The translations under genes and the position numbers were made by a program. Shown in pieces: positions 10,329 through 21,410 of a stretch of DNA of 64,000 nucleotides; position 1 is the stretch's first letter, and every line of letters starts with the position of its first letter. The stretch lies in contig JAZDCY010000060.1 of assembly GCA_036679645.1 (NCBI GenBank), positions 1 through 64,000 of the forward strand. Direction: 5' to 3'. The notes beneath the pieces were generated by a model that saw only the letters and a list, made by a program, of their open reading frames with translations, was not told where the DNA came from and ran no database searches. Origin of the DNA: Gemmatimonadota bacterium. Its GTDB lineage: Bacteria; Gemmatimonadota; Gemmatimonadetes; Gemmatimonadales; GWC2-71-9.

Positions 10329-11261
10329 ATGCTCCGCGCCGCGCTGTTGTGGCTCAGCGAACGGCCGGCCGTCTTCGATTTCATCAAGCGCAATGGTATG
10401 GCGCGCCGGATGGCACGCCGCTTCGTCGCGGGTGAAGGTCTCGAACACGCGGAGGAGGCGACGCGTGAACTCAATGGGCGCGATGTCACGGTCACGCTAG
10501 ATCCTCTGGGCGAGAGTGTTCGGAGCGCGGATGAAGCGGCGAGCGCGCGCGACACCGCCATCACGATCCTGGACCGAATCCACGAAACGGGTCTCGCCGC
10601 CAATATTTCCCTAAAACTGACCCAGATGGGCCTCGATCTCGATCCCGAACTCGCCGCCGACAACATGTGCACGATCTTGGAACGTGCGCGCAGCTACGAG
10701 ACATTCGTCCGGATCGACATGGAGGCATCGGACTACGTCCAGCCGACCCTCGATCTCTTTGCAGAGCGGCTCCACCCGGAATACGGCGCAACCGTCGGTG
10801 TCGTGATACAGTCGATGTTGCGGCGCTCCGCCGAGGACGTCGAGCGTCTCATCGAGCTGCACGCTCGGGTGCGTCTCGTGAAGGGCGCATACATGGAGCC
10901 AGGGGAAGTAGCGTTCCCTGACAAACGCGATGTCGATGACAGTTTTGCGCAACTTGCCGAGCGACTCCTCGCCAGCGGCAACTACCCGGCCGTCGCCACC
11001 CACGATGAGCGTCTCATCGAACACGCACGGGCGTACGCCGCGGCGCACGAGATCAAGAACGGAGCCTACGAGTTTCAGATGCTCTACGGCGTGAGACGTG
11101 ATCTGATGGCTAGGCTGCGTGCGGCAGGGCACAACATGCGCATATACGTGCCGTTCGGGACGGACTGGTATCCGTATCTCATGCGGCGTCTTGCCGAACG
11201 GCCCGCGAACCTGGCATTCATCGCGGCAAACATCGTACGGGAGACGTTCGCGCGATCGTGA
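10329..11261 (+). CDS. monofunctional proline dehydrogenase
   Basis: RFVAGE, SLKLTQMG, RIDME, RLVKGAY, ATHD, EFQMLYG, YVPFGTDWYPYLMRRLAERPAN. Confidence 0.93.
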   Translation: MLRAALLWLSERPAVFDFIKRNGMARRMARRFVAGEGLEHAEEATRELNGRDVTVTLDPLGESVRSADEAASARDTAITILDRIHETGLAANISLKLTQMGLDLDPELAADNMCTILERARSYETFVRIDMEASDYVQPTLDLFAERLHPEYGATVGVVIQSMLRRSAEDVERLIELHARVRLVKGAYMEPGEVAFPDKRDVDDSFAQLAERLLASGNYPAVATHDERLIEHARAYAAAHEIKNGAYEFQMLYGVRRDLMARLRAAGHNMRIYVPFGTDWYPYLMRRLAERPANLAFIAANIVRETFARS

Positions 11262-11581
11262 CGGACGATTCTACGCTGGGCGGCTACCTGCAGCGGCACG
11301 CGCGGCCGCCGGCATTCGAGGGAAGTGATGGCGTGCCATATTCGGTCGACATGTATATCAACGACACGCCCGACGCCGAGGGCCGCTACGGCGCGGCGAT
11401 CCTGTTTGTGCGGTGGTCAGATGCCGGTGACGCACCGGTCGGGCATCTCGAGACCGACTATCTGGCCCACGGGAACACGATGACGGAAGCGCAGGATCAG
11501 TTGCAAGAGATCTCGCTCCAGGAGCTAAAAACACATCTCGACCGCCTGATCGGTGAGCAGAGGGAGAGGCCCGATTGGTAG
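11258..11581 (+). CDS. conserved hypothetical protein
   Basis: Start overlaps the upstream stop (GTGA) and its end overlaps the rsgA start; globular composition. Confidence 0.7.
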   Translation: MTDDSTLGGYLQRHARPPAFEGSDGVPYSVDMYINDTPDAEGRYGAAILFVRWSDAGDAPVGHLETDYLAHGNTMTEAQDQLQEISLQELKTHLDRLIGEQRERPDW

Positions 11582-12480
11582 CGCGCGGAGTAGTATTGAG
11601 CCGCGCGGGCGGCCGGTACCGTGTGGATTGTGGCGGGGAGGTCGTCGAGGCGTCCCTTCGCGGGCGAATGAAACGCGGCCGCGTCCGCGTGCTGGTGGGA
11701 GACGAGGTGACGCTCGCATATCAGGAGGACGGTGCCGCAACGATTGAGGATATCGGACCCCGGCGGTCCCTGCTGCGTCGCAGAGCCCCGGGCCGTTCGC
11801 ACGGTACGCGGCCGGTTGCGGCCAACATCGATCAAGTCGTAGTTGTAGGTGCGGCCCGGGATCCCGACTGGAATCCGCTCATGATGGATCGGTTCACGGC
11901 GGTGGCGGAGGCGAACGGGCTCCCGATCGTCGTCGTCCTCAACAAGATCGATCTCGATATTGAGGCAGAGCGTCACGCCGCGCCGTACCGCGATGCCGGT
12001 TATCAGGTGCTGTTGGTGAGCGTAGCGGCGTCGGCTGGGCTCGACGAGCTCGCGGCACAACTCACCGGGAAAGTATCCCTCTTTACGGGTCCCACTGGTG
12101 TTGGGAAATCCAGTCTGCTGAACGCGCTGTCACCGGGGCTGGAGTTACGGACCGCTGAGGTGAGCAAGCGCTCGCGGGCAGGCCGACATACGACGGTGTC
12201 GTCAGAGATGTATCCGTTTGGCGGCGACGGGTACGTGGTCGATACACCGGGCTTACGGGACATCGGGCTCTGGGGGCTGGATGCCCACGAAGTCGCCGCC
12301 GCGTTTCCGGAGTTGGCGCGCTACGGCGGGCAGTGCCGTTTCGACAATTGCCGTCATCTCGAAGAGCCAGGATGTGGCGTCGTAGCCGCGGTCGATCGAG
12401 GGGAACTCAGTGAGACTAGAGTTGAGTCGTACCGACGACTCTTGGAAGAAGCGGATCGGGCTACGAGGCCGTGGGAGTGA
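11575..12480 (+). CDS. rsgA: ribosome small subunit-dependent GTPase A
   Basis: OB fold, NKID, GPTGVGKS, GRHTT, DTPG, CRFDNCRHLEEPGC zinc finger. Confidence 0.95.
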   Translation: MVARGVVLSRAGGRYRVDCGGEVVEASLRGRMKRGRVRVLVGDEVTLAYQEDGAATIEDIGPRRSLLRRRAPGRSHGTRPVAANIDQVVVVGAARDPDWNPLMMDRFTAVAEANGLPIVVVLNKIDLDIEAERHAAPYRDAGYQVLLVSVAASAGLDELAAQLTGKVSLFTGPTGVGKSSLLNALSPGLELRTAEVSKRSRAGRHTTVSSEMYPFGGDGYVVDTPGLRDIGLWGLDAHEVAAAFPELARYGGQCRFDNCRHLEEPGCGVVAAVDRGELSETRVESYRRLLEEADRATRPWE

Positions 12481-12519
12481 TTGCAGAATGCAGATTGCAG
12501 ATTGCAGATCTCAGATTGA
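12481..12519 (+). repeat. degenerate heptamer tandem repeat (GCAGATT-like)
   Basis: TTGCAGAATGCAGATTGCAGATTGCAGATCTCAGATTGA directly after the rsgA stop. Confidence 0.85.
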
Positions 12520-12545
12520 TTCAATGTTCTTGACAGGGCCATTAC

Positions 12546-13763
12546 GTGAACGCTGACCTTCCTTCTCTCGTGCAGCCGTTTCGGGCGCTGCGATACGCGA
12601 CGACCGATCTGCTCGACCCTTTCGTCTCACCGCCGTATGACGTGATCTCGCCGGAGCGGCGGTCGGTGTTGGCGGCGCAAGATCCGCACAACATCGTGCA
12701 CCTCATCCTGCCGGAGGCGGCGGGCGACAAGTACGCGCACGCTGCGGACCTGCTGAATGCGTGGCGCCGTGCCGGTATCCTGGTGCGCGATGTGGCGGCG
12801 GGCGTGTACGTGGTTCAGCAAACGTTCGCGACGCCGGGTGGAACGACTCACGTGCGGACCGGCGTCATTGCAGGGTTGCATGTCGAACCGTACGATGCCG
12901 GGCGCGTGCGACCGCACGAGCGAACGCACAGGGGACCAAGAGAAGATCGACTCGCACTTTCTCGCGCAACCCACGCCATGCTCGAGTCGATCTTCGTTCT
13001 TGCACCCGACACGGACGGGCGTCTGCGGACCGCGTTGCGTAACGAGGTAAAGCGTGCACCCGACGCTGCGGCTACGCTCGATGGTGTGCGGACCCAAGCG
13101 TGGCACGTGACGGGAACGGACGCGGCGGCCATCGCAGATTCAGCGGGGGCCGGAGCCATCTACATAGCGGACGGACACCACCGCTTCGAGACGGCCAACG
13201 CCTACCGGGCGGAGCAGCCGGGCGCCACGCACATCCCCGCGCTCGTCGTCCCGGTCGGCGACCCGGGGCTAGTTGTCCTCCCCACGCATCGTATGGTTGC
13301 GGGCAATGTTCGAGACGTCGCACGCCTGGTTGAGGAGTGGAAGAGCCGGTACCGTGTGGAGGCCGTGACGCTCCAGGGGGAATGGAACGGGGAGCCGGAG
13401 GACCTCGTGGCCGGTCTTCCGCGTATGGAGCCGGCGTGTGTCGTCGTTCTGCCGGGTGGGTCGGGGTATCGCGTGACGGGGTCGGCGGACGCCGCCGGGA
13501 CACCCGTCATTGCGGAGCTGGAAGAGCGAATCGTCGGACCCCTCGAGGTGTTGCTGGGCGGCGATGTATCCTACTCGGCGTCTGCACGGGAGGCGATCGA
13601 TGCGGTCGAGCAGGGAGACTGCGTTGCGGTGCTGGTGCCGCCCACGCCACTGGACGTGGTGCTCGCCGTTGCAGATGCGGGGGGGGTGATGCCGCCCAAG
13701 TCCACCTACTTTGCACCCAAGGTCCCCAGCGGATTCGTCATCATGTCGTACGAAGAAGGATGA
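12546..13763 (+). CDS. DUF1015 family protein
   Basis: PPYDVIS, PHERT, IADGHHRFETA, MPPKSTYFAPK. Confidence 0.9.
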   Translation: MNADLPSLVQPFRALRYATTDLLDPFVSPPYDVISPERRSVLAAQDPHNIVHLILPEAAGDKYAHAADLLNAWRRAGILVRDVAAGVYVVQQTFATPGGTTHVRTGVIAGLHVEPYDAGRVRPHERTHRGPREDRLALSRATHAMLESIFVLAPDTDGRLRTALRNEVKRAPDAAATLDGVRTQAWHVTGTDAAAIADSAGAGAIYIADGHHRFETANAYRAEQPGATHIPALVVPVGDPGLVVLPTHRMVAGNVRDVARLVEEWKSRYRVEAVTLQGEWNGEPEDLVAGLPRMEPACVVVLPGGSGYRVTGSADAAGTPVIAELEERIVGPLEVLLGGDVSYSASAREAIDAVEQGDCVAVLVPPTPLDVVLAVADAGGVMPPKSTYFAPKVPSGFVIMSYEEG

Positions 13764-13833
13764 ATGGCACCGTTGATCATCGACTTGCGAACCGTCACAT
13801 TGTGATGGACGAGCCAACCCGGTCGGAGATGAC

Positions 13834-14085
13834 ATGACTCCACGTCCCAGAACCCGTATCCTAGAGAACCTCGAAGAGGTCTACCGCGAGGCATATGACA
13901 AAGCCAAGACAGTGGCAGACGAGCATCGGATGGCCGAGCTCGACGCTTCGTTCCAGCGGGAGCAACTCCTCCTCGAGGTGTTGCTCGATATTCGGGACGG
14001 TATCTACACGATAGGCGATGCGGAGTCGTCGTCGTCCGCATTGGACAAGCTGAACGTCTTGCGCAAGCTGACGAGGCTGCGGTAG
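13834..14085 (+). CDS. hypothetical helical protein
   Basis: GGAG RBS; amphipathic helical 83 aa ORF in operon orientation. Confidence 0.7.
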   Translation: MTPRPRTRILENLEEVYREAYDKAKTVADEHRMAELDASFQREQLLLEVLLDIRDGIYTIGDAESSSSALDKLNVLRKLTRLR

Positions 14086-14134
14086 GTGCGGCAGCATCGC
14101 TAGTGATCTCGATCTGAAGTATCTTTCTCCACCT

Positions 14135-16276
14135 ATGGCAACCAAGACCAGAGCATCCTCCAAAGGCGCGCGACGCGGCCCGGCGGCCCGGCTCGACAAA
14201 GCGGAGCTGCTGGACATGTACCGCCTGATGCTGCTGTCGCGGCGTCTCGATGACAAAGAAATCCAACTCAAGCGGCAGAACAAGATCTTCTTTCAGATCT
14301 CGGGCGCCGGCCACGAGGCGGTACTGGTGGCGGCCGGGAAGCTGCTGAAGCCGGGGTACGATTGGTTCTACACATACTATCGCGACCGCGCGCTTTGCCT
14401 GGCGTTGGGCATGACCCCGACCGAGATGCTGCTCTCGGCGGTGGCGGCGGCGGACGACCCCAATTCAGGGGGACGGCAGATGCCGTCACACTGGGGTCAC
14501 AAGGAACTGAATGTCGTGAGCTCTTCGAGCCCCACGGGAACGCAGTTCTTGAATGCGGTGGGCTGTGCCGAAGCGTGGTACCGCTACGACGTGATCGACG
14601 AGATCGGCGATCGTGAGTTAGCCGCGCAACGGGACGAGGTCACACTCTGCTGCGCTGGTGACGGAACCACCAGCGAGGGCGAGTTCTGGGAGGCTCTCAA
14701 CACGGCGTGCAGCCTAAAACTGCCCGTGTTGTTCCTGATCGAGGATAACGGGTACGCAATATCGGTCACCGTCGACGTGCAGACGCCGGGCGGTTCCGTG
14801 TCCAAGCTCCTCGCTGGGTTCCCGGACCTTCACATCATGGAGGTCGATGGGTGCGATCCGATCGCCTCATACGATGCAATGTCGCTTGCCGTCGCACACT
14901 GTCGCGCGCGAAAAGGTCCGGCGCTGGTCCACGCGCACGTCATCCGGCCGTATTCGCATTCGCTCTCTGACGATGAGGTGGCGTACAAGCCTGCGCCGGA
15001 GCGCGAGAAGGAGGCCAAGCGCGATCCCGTTACGACATTCCCCGCAAGGCTAATCGCGGAAGGCGTCGCGTCAGAAAGCGAGCTTGCGGAGATCCAGCGG
15101 GCGGTCGAAGAGGAAATCGACCTCGCGGCCGAGATCGCACTCGCGGCACCGCAGCCGGCCGCCGACACGATCTACACGCAGGTGTACTCGCCCGACGTCG
15201 ATCCGACCGCGGAACAGTTCGACACGGAGGATGACCCACAGTTCGAGGGGAATCCCACCACGATGGTCGATCTGCTCAACCGGTGTCTCGAAGACGAGAT
15301 GCGACGGGACCCGCGGATCGTGATGTTCGGCCAGGATGTCGCCGACGTCTCGCGTGACGAGCACATCGAAGACGTGAAGGGCAAAGGCGGTGTGTTCAAA
15401 GTCACGTGGGGGCTTCAGAAGAAGCTCGGGAGCCACCGCGTCTACAACTCGCCGCTCGCGGAAGCCAATATTGTGGGGCGCGCGGTGGGTCTTGCCACCC
15501 GCGGGCTGAAGCCCGTGGTCGAGATACAGTTTTTCGACTACATCTGGCCTGCCTATCACCAGATGCGGAACGAGCTCGCGGTGCTTCGGTGGCGGAGTAA
15601 CGGGGACTTCACTGCACCGGTTGTAGTGCGGGTAACATATGGCGGGTACCTGAGAGGCGGCGCTGTGTATCACTCGCAGACCGGAGCCGCCATCTACACG
15701 GGGATTCCAGGACTGCGGGTGGTGTGTCCGGCGACGGCCCTCGACGCGAACGGCCTCCTGCGTACCGCGATCCGTTGCGACGATCCGGTGCTCTTTCTCG
15801 AACACAAACACCTGTACCGCCAGACCTACAACAAGGCGCCGTATCCCGGACCGAACTTCATGATCCCGTTCGGGAAGGCCAAAGTCGTGAGGGAGGGGAC
15901 AGATCTCACGGTGATCACCTATGGGGCAGTGGTTCAACGCACCGTGAACGCCGCACGCGAGCTTGCGGAGGAAGATGGTATCGATGTGGAAGTGATCGAC
16001 CTTCGGTCACTCAGCCCCGTGGACTGGGAGACGATCGCCGCATCCGTGAAGAAGACGAACAAGGTGATCGTGGCCTATGAAGATTCGCTGTCATGGGGCT
16101 ACGGCTCGGAGATCGCGGCCCGAATTGCCGACGACTGCTTCACGTGGTTGGATGCGCCCGTGAAGCGTGTTGCTTCAACCGACACGTTCGTGGCGTACGC
16201 GCCGGAGCTGGAGGATGTAATCCTACCGCAGAAGGATGACTTGGCGAAGGCGATGCGAGAGTTGCATGGCTTTTAG
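14135..16276 (+). CDS. 2-oxoacid (branched-chain/pyruvate) dehydrogenase E1, fused alpha/beta
   Basis: [15 protein letters not shown]...N TPP motif, [30 protein letters not shown]. Confidence 0.93.
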   Translation: MATKTRASSKGARRGPAARLDKAELLDMYRLMLLSRRLDDKEIQLKRQNKIFFQISGAGHEAVLVAAGKLLKPGYDWFYTYYRDRALCLALGMTPTEMLLSAVAAADDPNSGGRQMPSHWGHKELNVVSSSSPTGTQFLNAVGCAEAWYRYDVIDEIGDRELAAQRDEVTLCCAGDGTTSEGEFWEALNTACSLKLPVLFLIEDNGYAISVTVDVQTPGGSVSKLLAGFPDLHIMEVDGCDPIASYDAMSLAVAHCRARKGPALVHAHVIRPYSHSLSDDEVAYKPAPEREKEAKRDPVTTFPARLIAEGVASESELAEIQRAVEEEIDLAAEIALAAPQPAADTIYTQVYSPDVDPTAEQFDTEDDPQFEGNPTTMVDLLNRCLEDEMRRDPRIVMFGQDVADVSRDEHIEDVKGKGGVFKVTWGLQKKLGSHRVYNSPLAEANIVGRAVGLATRGLKPVVEIQFFDYIWPAYHQMRNELAVLRWRSNGDFTAPVVVRVTYGGYLRGGAVYHSQTGAAIYTGIPGLRVVCPATALDANGLLRTAIRCDDPVLFLEHKHLYRQTYNKAPYPGPNFMIPFGKAKVVREGTDLTVITYGAVVQRTVNAARELAEEDGIDVEVIDLRSLSPVDWETIAASVKKTNKVIVAYEDSLSWGYGSEIAARIADDCFTWLDAPVKRVASTDTFVAYAPELEDVILPQKDDLAKAMRELHGF

Positions 16277-16280
16277 ACCA

Positions 16281-18131
16281 CTACGTCCGCAATTCTTCCC
16301 TGATCTCGTCCGCCGCATCGATCGCCGCCTCGACATCGAAGGACAGAGCCTTTGCCGCCTGCGTCGCGCTGGTGAGGTCGTCTAGCACGGCGGCGACGCC
16401 CGCCGAGCGAAGGCGTAGCAAGTCGAAGCGCACGTTCTGGACGGCCAGCACGCAAGATTCGAACTGCGCTTCGACGCTCTGACGTCGCCCCACGAGTTCG
16501 ATCAGGCCTTCACGCTGCCGCTCGAGCAACTGGAGGCGTCGATCGTCGGTGTTCCCCTCTTCCCTGAGCTGGGCGAGCCGCTCGTCGAGCCGAACCAATG
16601 CATCCGGATCGACGTCACCTTCCATGTGACCGAGCGTGCGCGCCAGATCGAGCGCGCGCGCCGACAACCGTTCGACCGTTTCGGTTACATCGGGCAGCAT
16701 CTTGCGCTCCGACTCGGGCAGTTTCTCCACGATGGAGCTGATGGCCTGGCGATCGCGGTTCAGTTGCTTGATCTGATCCGCGAGCGCGCCAAAGTCGTCC
16801 GGCGACGCCACTTCGGGTAGAACCCGGGCTCGTTTTCCCTTGACGGCCTTTGCCGGTTTGGGAGGCATACGAGCCTCGATCGCGTCCGCTGCCGGGGGCC
16901 GGTTGAGGACATCCCGCCAGGAATAGCCCGCGAGCCAAAGACGCCGGTACTTCGCCCCAATACTGAAACCCCAGACACCCCACACGAACAATGACCACGG
17001 TTCGGTGATGCCGGTTGCCACATTGATCAGCGTGAGTCCACCGCAGACGCTCACCCACTGGGCGAAATCGGCGCGGAACCCACGTACAATGGTCGGCTCC
17101 TTCGACGCCTGCTCGCCGGGCCTGTCGGTCGTCGGAAGCGCGCGGTCGCCCCGGCGAGCCGGTCGCCGCTCGCCGCGCTCCCATGACCGCTCTTGGCCCG
17201 TGCCACCCCGAGCCCGCGCGTGGGTACGGCGGCGGGCAACCTGCGCGGCGGGGCGGTAGGGAATCGATTTGCGGCTCTCGAGCGCGCGACGCAAGGAATC
17301 GGCGGTGGGCCACCGGGCCGGTGGGTCTTTCTCGAGACATCGCATGATGCTCGCCGCGAGATCGTCGGGCATCTCGGGCCGGAGTAGCTTGATGTCGGGC
17401 GCCGGCTCCGTGATCTGCTTCATCAGAATGCCGGGAACGGTCGGCGCTTGGAACGGCAACTCGCCGGTCGCCATCTCGTAGGCCACGACCCCGAGCGCGT
17501 AGAGATCACTGCGGTGATCGATGTCCCGCTCCCCGGCGGCCTGCTCAGGGCTCATGTAGTGTGGCGTCCCGATGGCAACGCCGGTGCCGGTCAGCGTTCC
17601 AGGGCTCGCTTCGGAGAGCGCCTTGGCAATCCCGAAATCGGTGACCATGACACGGCGCCGCGTTCCCTCGAGGAGCACATTGTCGGGTTTTATGTCGCGA
17701 TGTATGACGCCCATGGCGTGCGCCATGCTGAGCGCGTCAGCCGTCTCCTTCATGATACGGCGGACCTCTTCGATCGGAAGCGCCTTGCGTCGTTTGAGCC
17801 GCGCGCCGAGGGACTCACCATCCACAAAACCCATGACGAAATAGACGAGCCCGCCCGCGTCGCCAACGGAATGGACGGGGACGATATGGGGATGAGACAG
17901 ACGGGCGGCCGTCTGCGCCTCGCGCATGAATCGCGTCTTGATTTCGGAACGGTACGCCAGCTCGGGTGGCAGGACCTTGATCGCTACCCGTCGCTTCAGG
18001 CTGAGGTCACGTGCGGCAAAGACCACACCCATCCCGCCTCGCCCCACCTCGCGTTCGAGCTCATACGCGCCTTCGAGGATGCCCTCGAGGCGCTCCGCGA
18101 GCGGGCTAGCTTGAAGTTCGGCTTCATCCAT
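16281..18131 (-). CDS. Hanks-type Ser/Thr protein kinase with 2TM segment and C-terminal coiled coil
   Basis: GRGGMG, VAIK, HRDIKPDN, DFG, GTPHYMSPE, DLYALG. Start set at MDEAEL (18131). Confidence 0.92.
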   Translation of the reverse strand: MDEAELQASPLAERLEGILEGAYELEREVGRGGMGVVFAARDLSLKRRVAIKVLPPELAYRSEIKTRFMREAQTAARLSHPHIVPVHSVGDAGGLVYFVMGFVDGESLGARLKRRKALPIEEVRRIMKETADALSMAHAMGVIHRDIKPDNVLLEGTRRRVMVTDFGIAKALSEASPGTLTGTGVAIGTPHYMSPEQAAGERDIDHRSDLYALGVVAYEMATGELPFQAPTVPGILMKQITEPAPDIKLLRPEMPDDLAASIMRCLEKDPPARWPTADSLRRALESRKSIPYRPAAQVARRRTHARARGGTGQERSWERGERRPARRGDRALPTTDRPGEQASKEPTIVRGFRADFAQWVSVCGGLTLINVATGITEPWSLFVWGVWGFSIGAKYRRLWLAGYSWRDVLNRPPAADAIEARMPPKPAKAVKGKRARVLPEVASPDDFGALADQIKQLNRDRQAISSIVEKLPESERKMLPDVTETVERLSARALDLARTLGHMEGDVDPDALVRLDERLAQLREEGNTDDRRLQLLERQREGLIELVGRRQSVEAQFESCVLAVQNVRFDLLRLRSAGVAAVLDDLTSATQAAKALSFDVEAAIDAADEIREELRT

Positions 18132-18215
18132 ATGGCAGTGGCACTTTCTCGGCCGTACATTAAGTCCGGCTCCGGGGCGCTGGCAACCTGGTCCGAAGGG
18201 CAGGCGCGAGAACGA

Positions 18216-18464
18216 ATGCGTTGGATAACCGATGATACCGGACGCCGGTGGTCGGCCGAGCGAGTCGGCCGGACTTCCGGCATTGTACCTACGAGACGCA
18301 AGTCCGCGGGTTTCCCCGAGCCAGCGGATATCGTGCGGTTCGAGTGCGAATCGGACCACGACCAGCCGGCCCGTGAGGTGACTACCCGAGCCGGCCTGCT
18401 GGAGCAACTCACGGACACCGAGCTCATAGCGTTGCTCAACGTCGCTCCCAGAAGTTCCTCCTGA
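18216..18464 (+). CDS. small hypothetical protein (82 aa)
   Basis: MRWITDDTGRRWSAERVGR...LTDTELIALL fills the kinase-lon gap; it is the tail of ORF 17448..18464. Confidence 0.55.
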   Translation: MRWITDDTGRRWSAERVGRTSGIVPTRRKSAGFPEPADIVRFECESDHDQPAREVTTRAGLLEQLTDTELIALLNVAPRSSS

Positions 18465-18633
18465 CGACGCATAGGCTGCCAAATTGACAGTGATTCCGTG
18501 CTGAGCGGACCTGGCCAGTTGGAACGGCAGGAACCGTGGAGGGTGTTTACCACAAAGAGGCAGACATACCTGGCATGGGAGGTGCCGTACGTGGTGTGGC
18601 TAGATCCAGCTTCCAAAACGCAGGGCTACGGGG

Positions 18634-21051
18634 ATGACTGAAACAGACCAGACCACGCCGATTCACCGGGAGCCGGACCGTATCCGTCTTCCCGTTCTTC
18701 CGCTTCGTGAGGTTGTGCTCTTTCCCGGCGTCACCGCACCGATCGGCGCCGGTCGGCCCGGGACGCTCCGCGCCATCGAAAAGGCGTTGCGCGACGATGA
18801 GCGCCTGATCTTCGCTGTTTGTCAGCGGGAGAATACCGACGATGTCGATCCCGCAAAGCTGTACTCGATCGGAACGGTCGCCAAGATCGGTCAGGTGCAA
18901 CGCGGGCTAGGGGGCGTTCAGCTCCTGCTGCACGGTGAGTACCGTGCCAACGTGCTGCAGTACACCAAGGGCGACGGGTTCATGGAGGCCGTCGTATGTC
19001 AGGCGCCGGACCTTCCTCCGCTCGACGTGGAGGACGCGGTGTTCGTCGCACTCCACCGTGAAGTGCGCGAGCGGGCCGCGGAACTGGGGCAACGCTCGGG
19101 GCTCGATGAGGATGTCGTTGAACAGGTACTCGAGGGCGTGAAGGAGCCGTCCAAGTTTGCTGACCTCGTCGCCGGGTACCTCGACATCGCTGCCACCGAC
19201 CGTCAGGGGCTGCTCGAGACCTTCGGTGTCGAGGAGCGGCTGCGTCGGGTACTCGTGCACGTGCAGCGCCAGCTCGAACTCCTCGATGCGCAGGAAGACA
19301 TCAAGTCGAAGGTGCAGGAGGAGCTGGGTGAGCGACAACGCGAGATGTTCCTCCGCGAGCAGCTCAAAGCCATTCGCCGTGAGCTTGGCGACGAGGAGGA
19401 AGGTGAAGCGGTCGACGAGCTGCGCGAGCGAATCCGAGCGCTCGAGTTGCCAGAAGAGGCGCAGAAGGAGGTCGATCGCGAACTGGCCCGGCTGGGGCGC
19501 GCGCCACGGGAGGGGATGGAATCGCAGGTCATTCGCACGTTCCTCGAAACCGTTGCCGAGTTGCCGTGGAGCGATTCGAGCGAGGATCACCTTGACCTGA
19601 AGCGTGCCGGGGGGATTCTCGACGACGACCACTATGGGTTGCTCGACGTCAAGGATCGCGTGCTCGAGTTTCTTGCCGTGCGGCAGTTGCGCGGCGAACG
19701 GAGCCGTGAGGAGGCCGATGCGGAGCTTGCCCCCGGCAACGAGGACGACCGTCTCGGGACGGGTTCGATCCTGCTGTTCGTGGGGCCACCGGGCGTTGGA
19801 AAAACCTCGATCGCGAAATCGATCGCACGCGCCATGGGGCGGAAATACGTGCGGATCTCGCTGGGTGGTGCGCGCGACGAGGCGGATATTCGTGGCCACC
19901 GGCGCACGTACGTCGGCGCGATGCCGGGACGAATCATTCAGGGAATGAAGAAGGCGGGTAGCAAGAACCCCGTCTTTCTCCTGGACGAGGTCGACAAACT
20001 CGGGGTGTCGTTTCAGGGCGACCCGGCCTCTGCCTTGCTGGAGGTACTCGACCCGGAACAGAACGACAGTTTCACCGATCACTACCTCGGCCTGCCATTC
20101 GATCTCTCCGAGGTGTTCTTCATAGCGACCGCGAATTTCCTCGAACAGATTCCCGTGCCCCTACTCGATCGCATGGAGTTGATCGAGTTCTCGGGCTACA
20201 CCGAGCGCGAGAAGCTCGCCATTGCGCGGCGCTATCTCGTTCCGCGACAGCTACAGCAGAACGGGCTCACGAACGAGCAACTCGATCTCGTGGACGACGC
20301 CGTAAACCGGGTGATTTCCGGGTACACGCGGGAGGCCGGTGTACGACAACTGGAACGAGAGATTGGCAAGGTCGCCAGAAAAGCGGCTCGGCAAATCGCA
20401 TCCGGAGATAAGGAGCACGTCACGGTCGACGAGAAGAATCTCACGGATTGGCTCGGCCGGCCGCGCGTACACCCGGAAGAGGCCGCACAAGAAGGTCGCG
20501 TTGGTATTGCTACCGGCATGTACTACACGCCGGTCGGCGGCGACATCATGTTCGTGGAGGCGTCCATCATGCGCGGCCAGGGCGAACTCGTGCTGACCGG
20601 TCAGCTCGGTGATGTCATGAAGGAATCGGCGCGAGCAGCCCTGACGTACGCCAAGACGCACAGCGACGCGCTCGGCATTGCACCCGAGCGATTCGAGAAC
20701 AAGGACATTCACATCCATGTACCCGCGGGCGCCGTCCCCAAGGAGGGCTCGTCGGCGGGGGTTACGATGGCGACGGCGTTGATCAGCGCGCTGGCGCGCG
20801 TGCCGGTGCGGCACGACCTGGCCATGACCGGTGAGGTAACGTTGTCGGGTCGGGTACTCCCTATTGGGGGTGTGAAGGAGAAGAAGGATAACGTTGCCGA
20901 CCTCGACGACATCAGTGAAGCGGAACGCGCGCGCCTGACCGTGCATCCCGTCGAACGACTGCGCGATGTTCTTGCCCTCGCCCTCAAAAGCCCTGAAGAG
21001 CCGGAGGTCGATGTGCGGGCGAGTGGAGATTTTGCGACAAGCGTGCGGTAG
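18634..21051 (+). CDS. lon: endopeptidase La (Lon), with an apparent short in-frame deletion near the C-terminus
   Basis: [59 protein letters not shown]. Confidence 0.95.
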   Translation: MTETDQTTPIHREPDRIRLPVLPLREVVLFPGVTAPIGAGRPGTLRAIEKALRDDERLIFAVCQRENTDDVDPAKLYSIGTVAKIGQVQRGLGGVQLLLHGEYRANVLQYTKGDGFMEAVVCQAPDLPPLDVEDAVFVALHREVRERAAELGQRSGLDEDVVEQVLEGVKEPSKFADLVAGYLDIAATDRQGLLETFGVEERLRRVLVHVQRQLELLDAQEDIKSKVQEELGERQREMFLREQLKAIRRELGDEEEGEAVDELRERIRALELPEEAQKEVDRELARLGRAPREGMESQVIRTFLETVAELPWSDSSEDHLDLKRAGGILDDDHYGLLDVKDRVLEFLAVRQLRGERSREEADAELAPGNEDDRLGTGSILLFVGPPGVGKTSIAKSIARAMGRKYVRISLGGARDEADIRGHRRTYVGAMPGRIIQGMKKAGSKNPVFLLDEVDKLGVSFQGDPASALLEVLDPEQNDSFTDHYLGLPFDLSEVFFIATANFLEQIPVPLLDRMELIEFSGYTEREKLAIARRYLVPRQLQQNGLTNEQLDLVDDAVNRVISGYTREAGVRQLEREIGKVARKAARQIASGDKEHVTVDEKNLTDWLGRPRVHPEEAAQEGRVGIATGMYYTPVGGDIMFVEASIMRGQGELVLTGQLGDVMKESARAALTYAKTHSDALGIAPERFENKDIHIHVPAGAVPKEGSSAGVTMATALISALARVPVRHDLAMTGEVTLSGRVLPIGGVKEKKDNVADLDDISEAERARLTVHPVERLRDVLALALKSPEEPEVDVRASGDFATSVR

Positions 21052-21410
21052 GAACGGGGAAGGCCGCGGCAGGCCGATCAGGGTTTATGCCCTTGGACCC
21101 GGTCATCTCGGCGCAGTGCACCAACTGCGGGTGCTAACCTGCGCCATGACCTCGTAAGTGAGCGGTGCGGGCTGCAATAGGATCAAAGCAGTTGAGACCG
21201 CCACACCACGGCCATGTCGCATATTGATATCGGCGCGTCAGCGTTTCGCGACACGGTGAATTCAGAGTGAAGGGCCTGGCTTGCTTCTTGACGACTTTGC
21301 TCCTACGTTGACGACCATGTGAGTCCCAGTTGCTCTTGATCGAGAGCGGCTACATACGGTGGCCCTGACCTCCCGACGAGACACTTAGGCGGCTCGGTTC
21401 TGGACAGTCC

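Noticed and set aside
21101..21151. Integron attC site
   Set aside because: No properly placed RYYYAAC/GTTRRRY ends and no integrase in the window.
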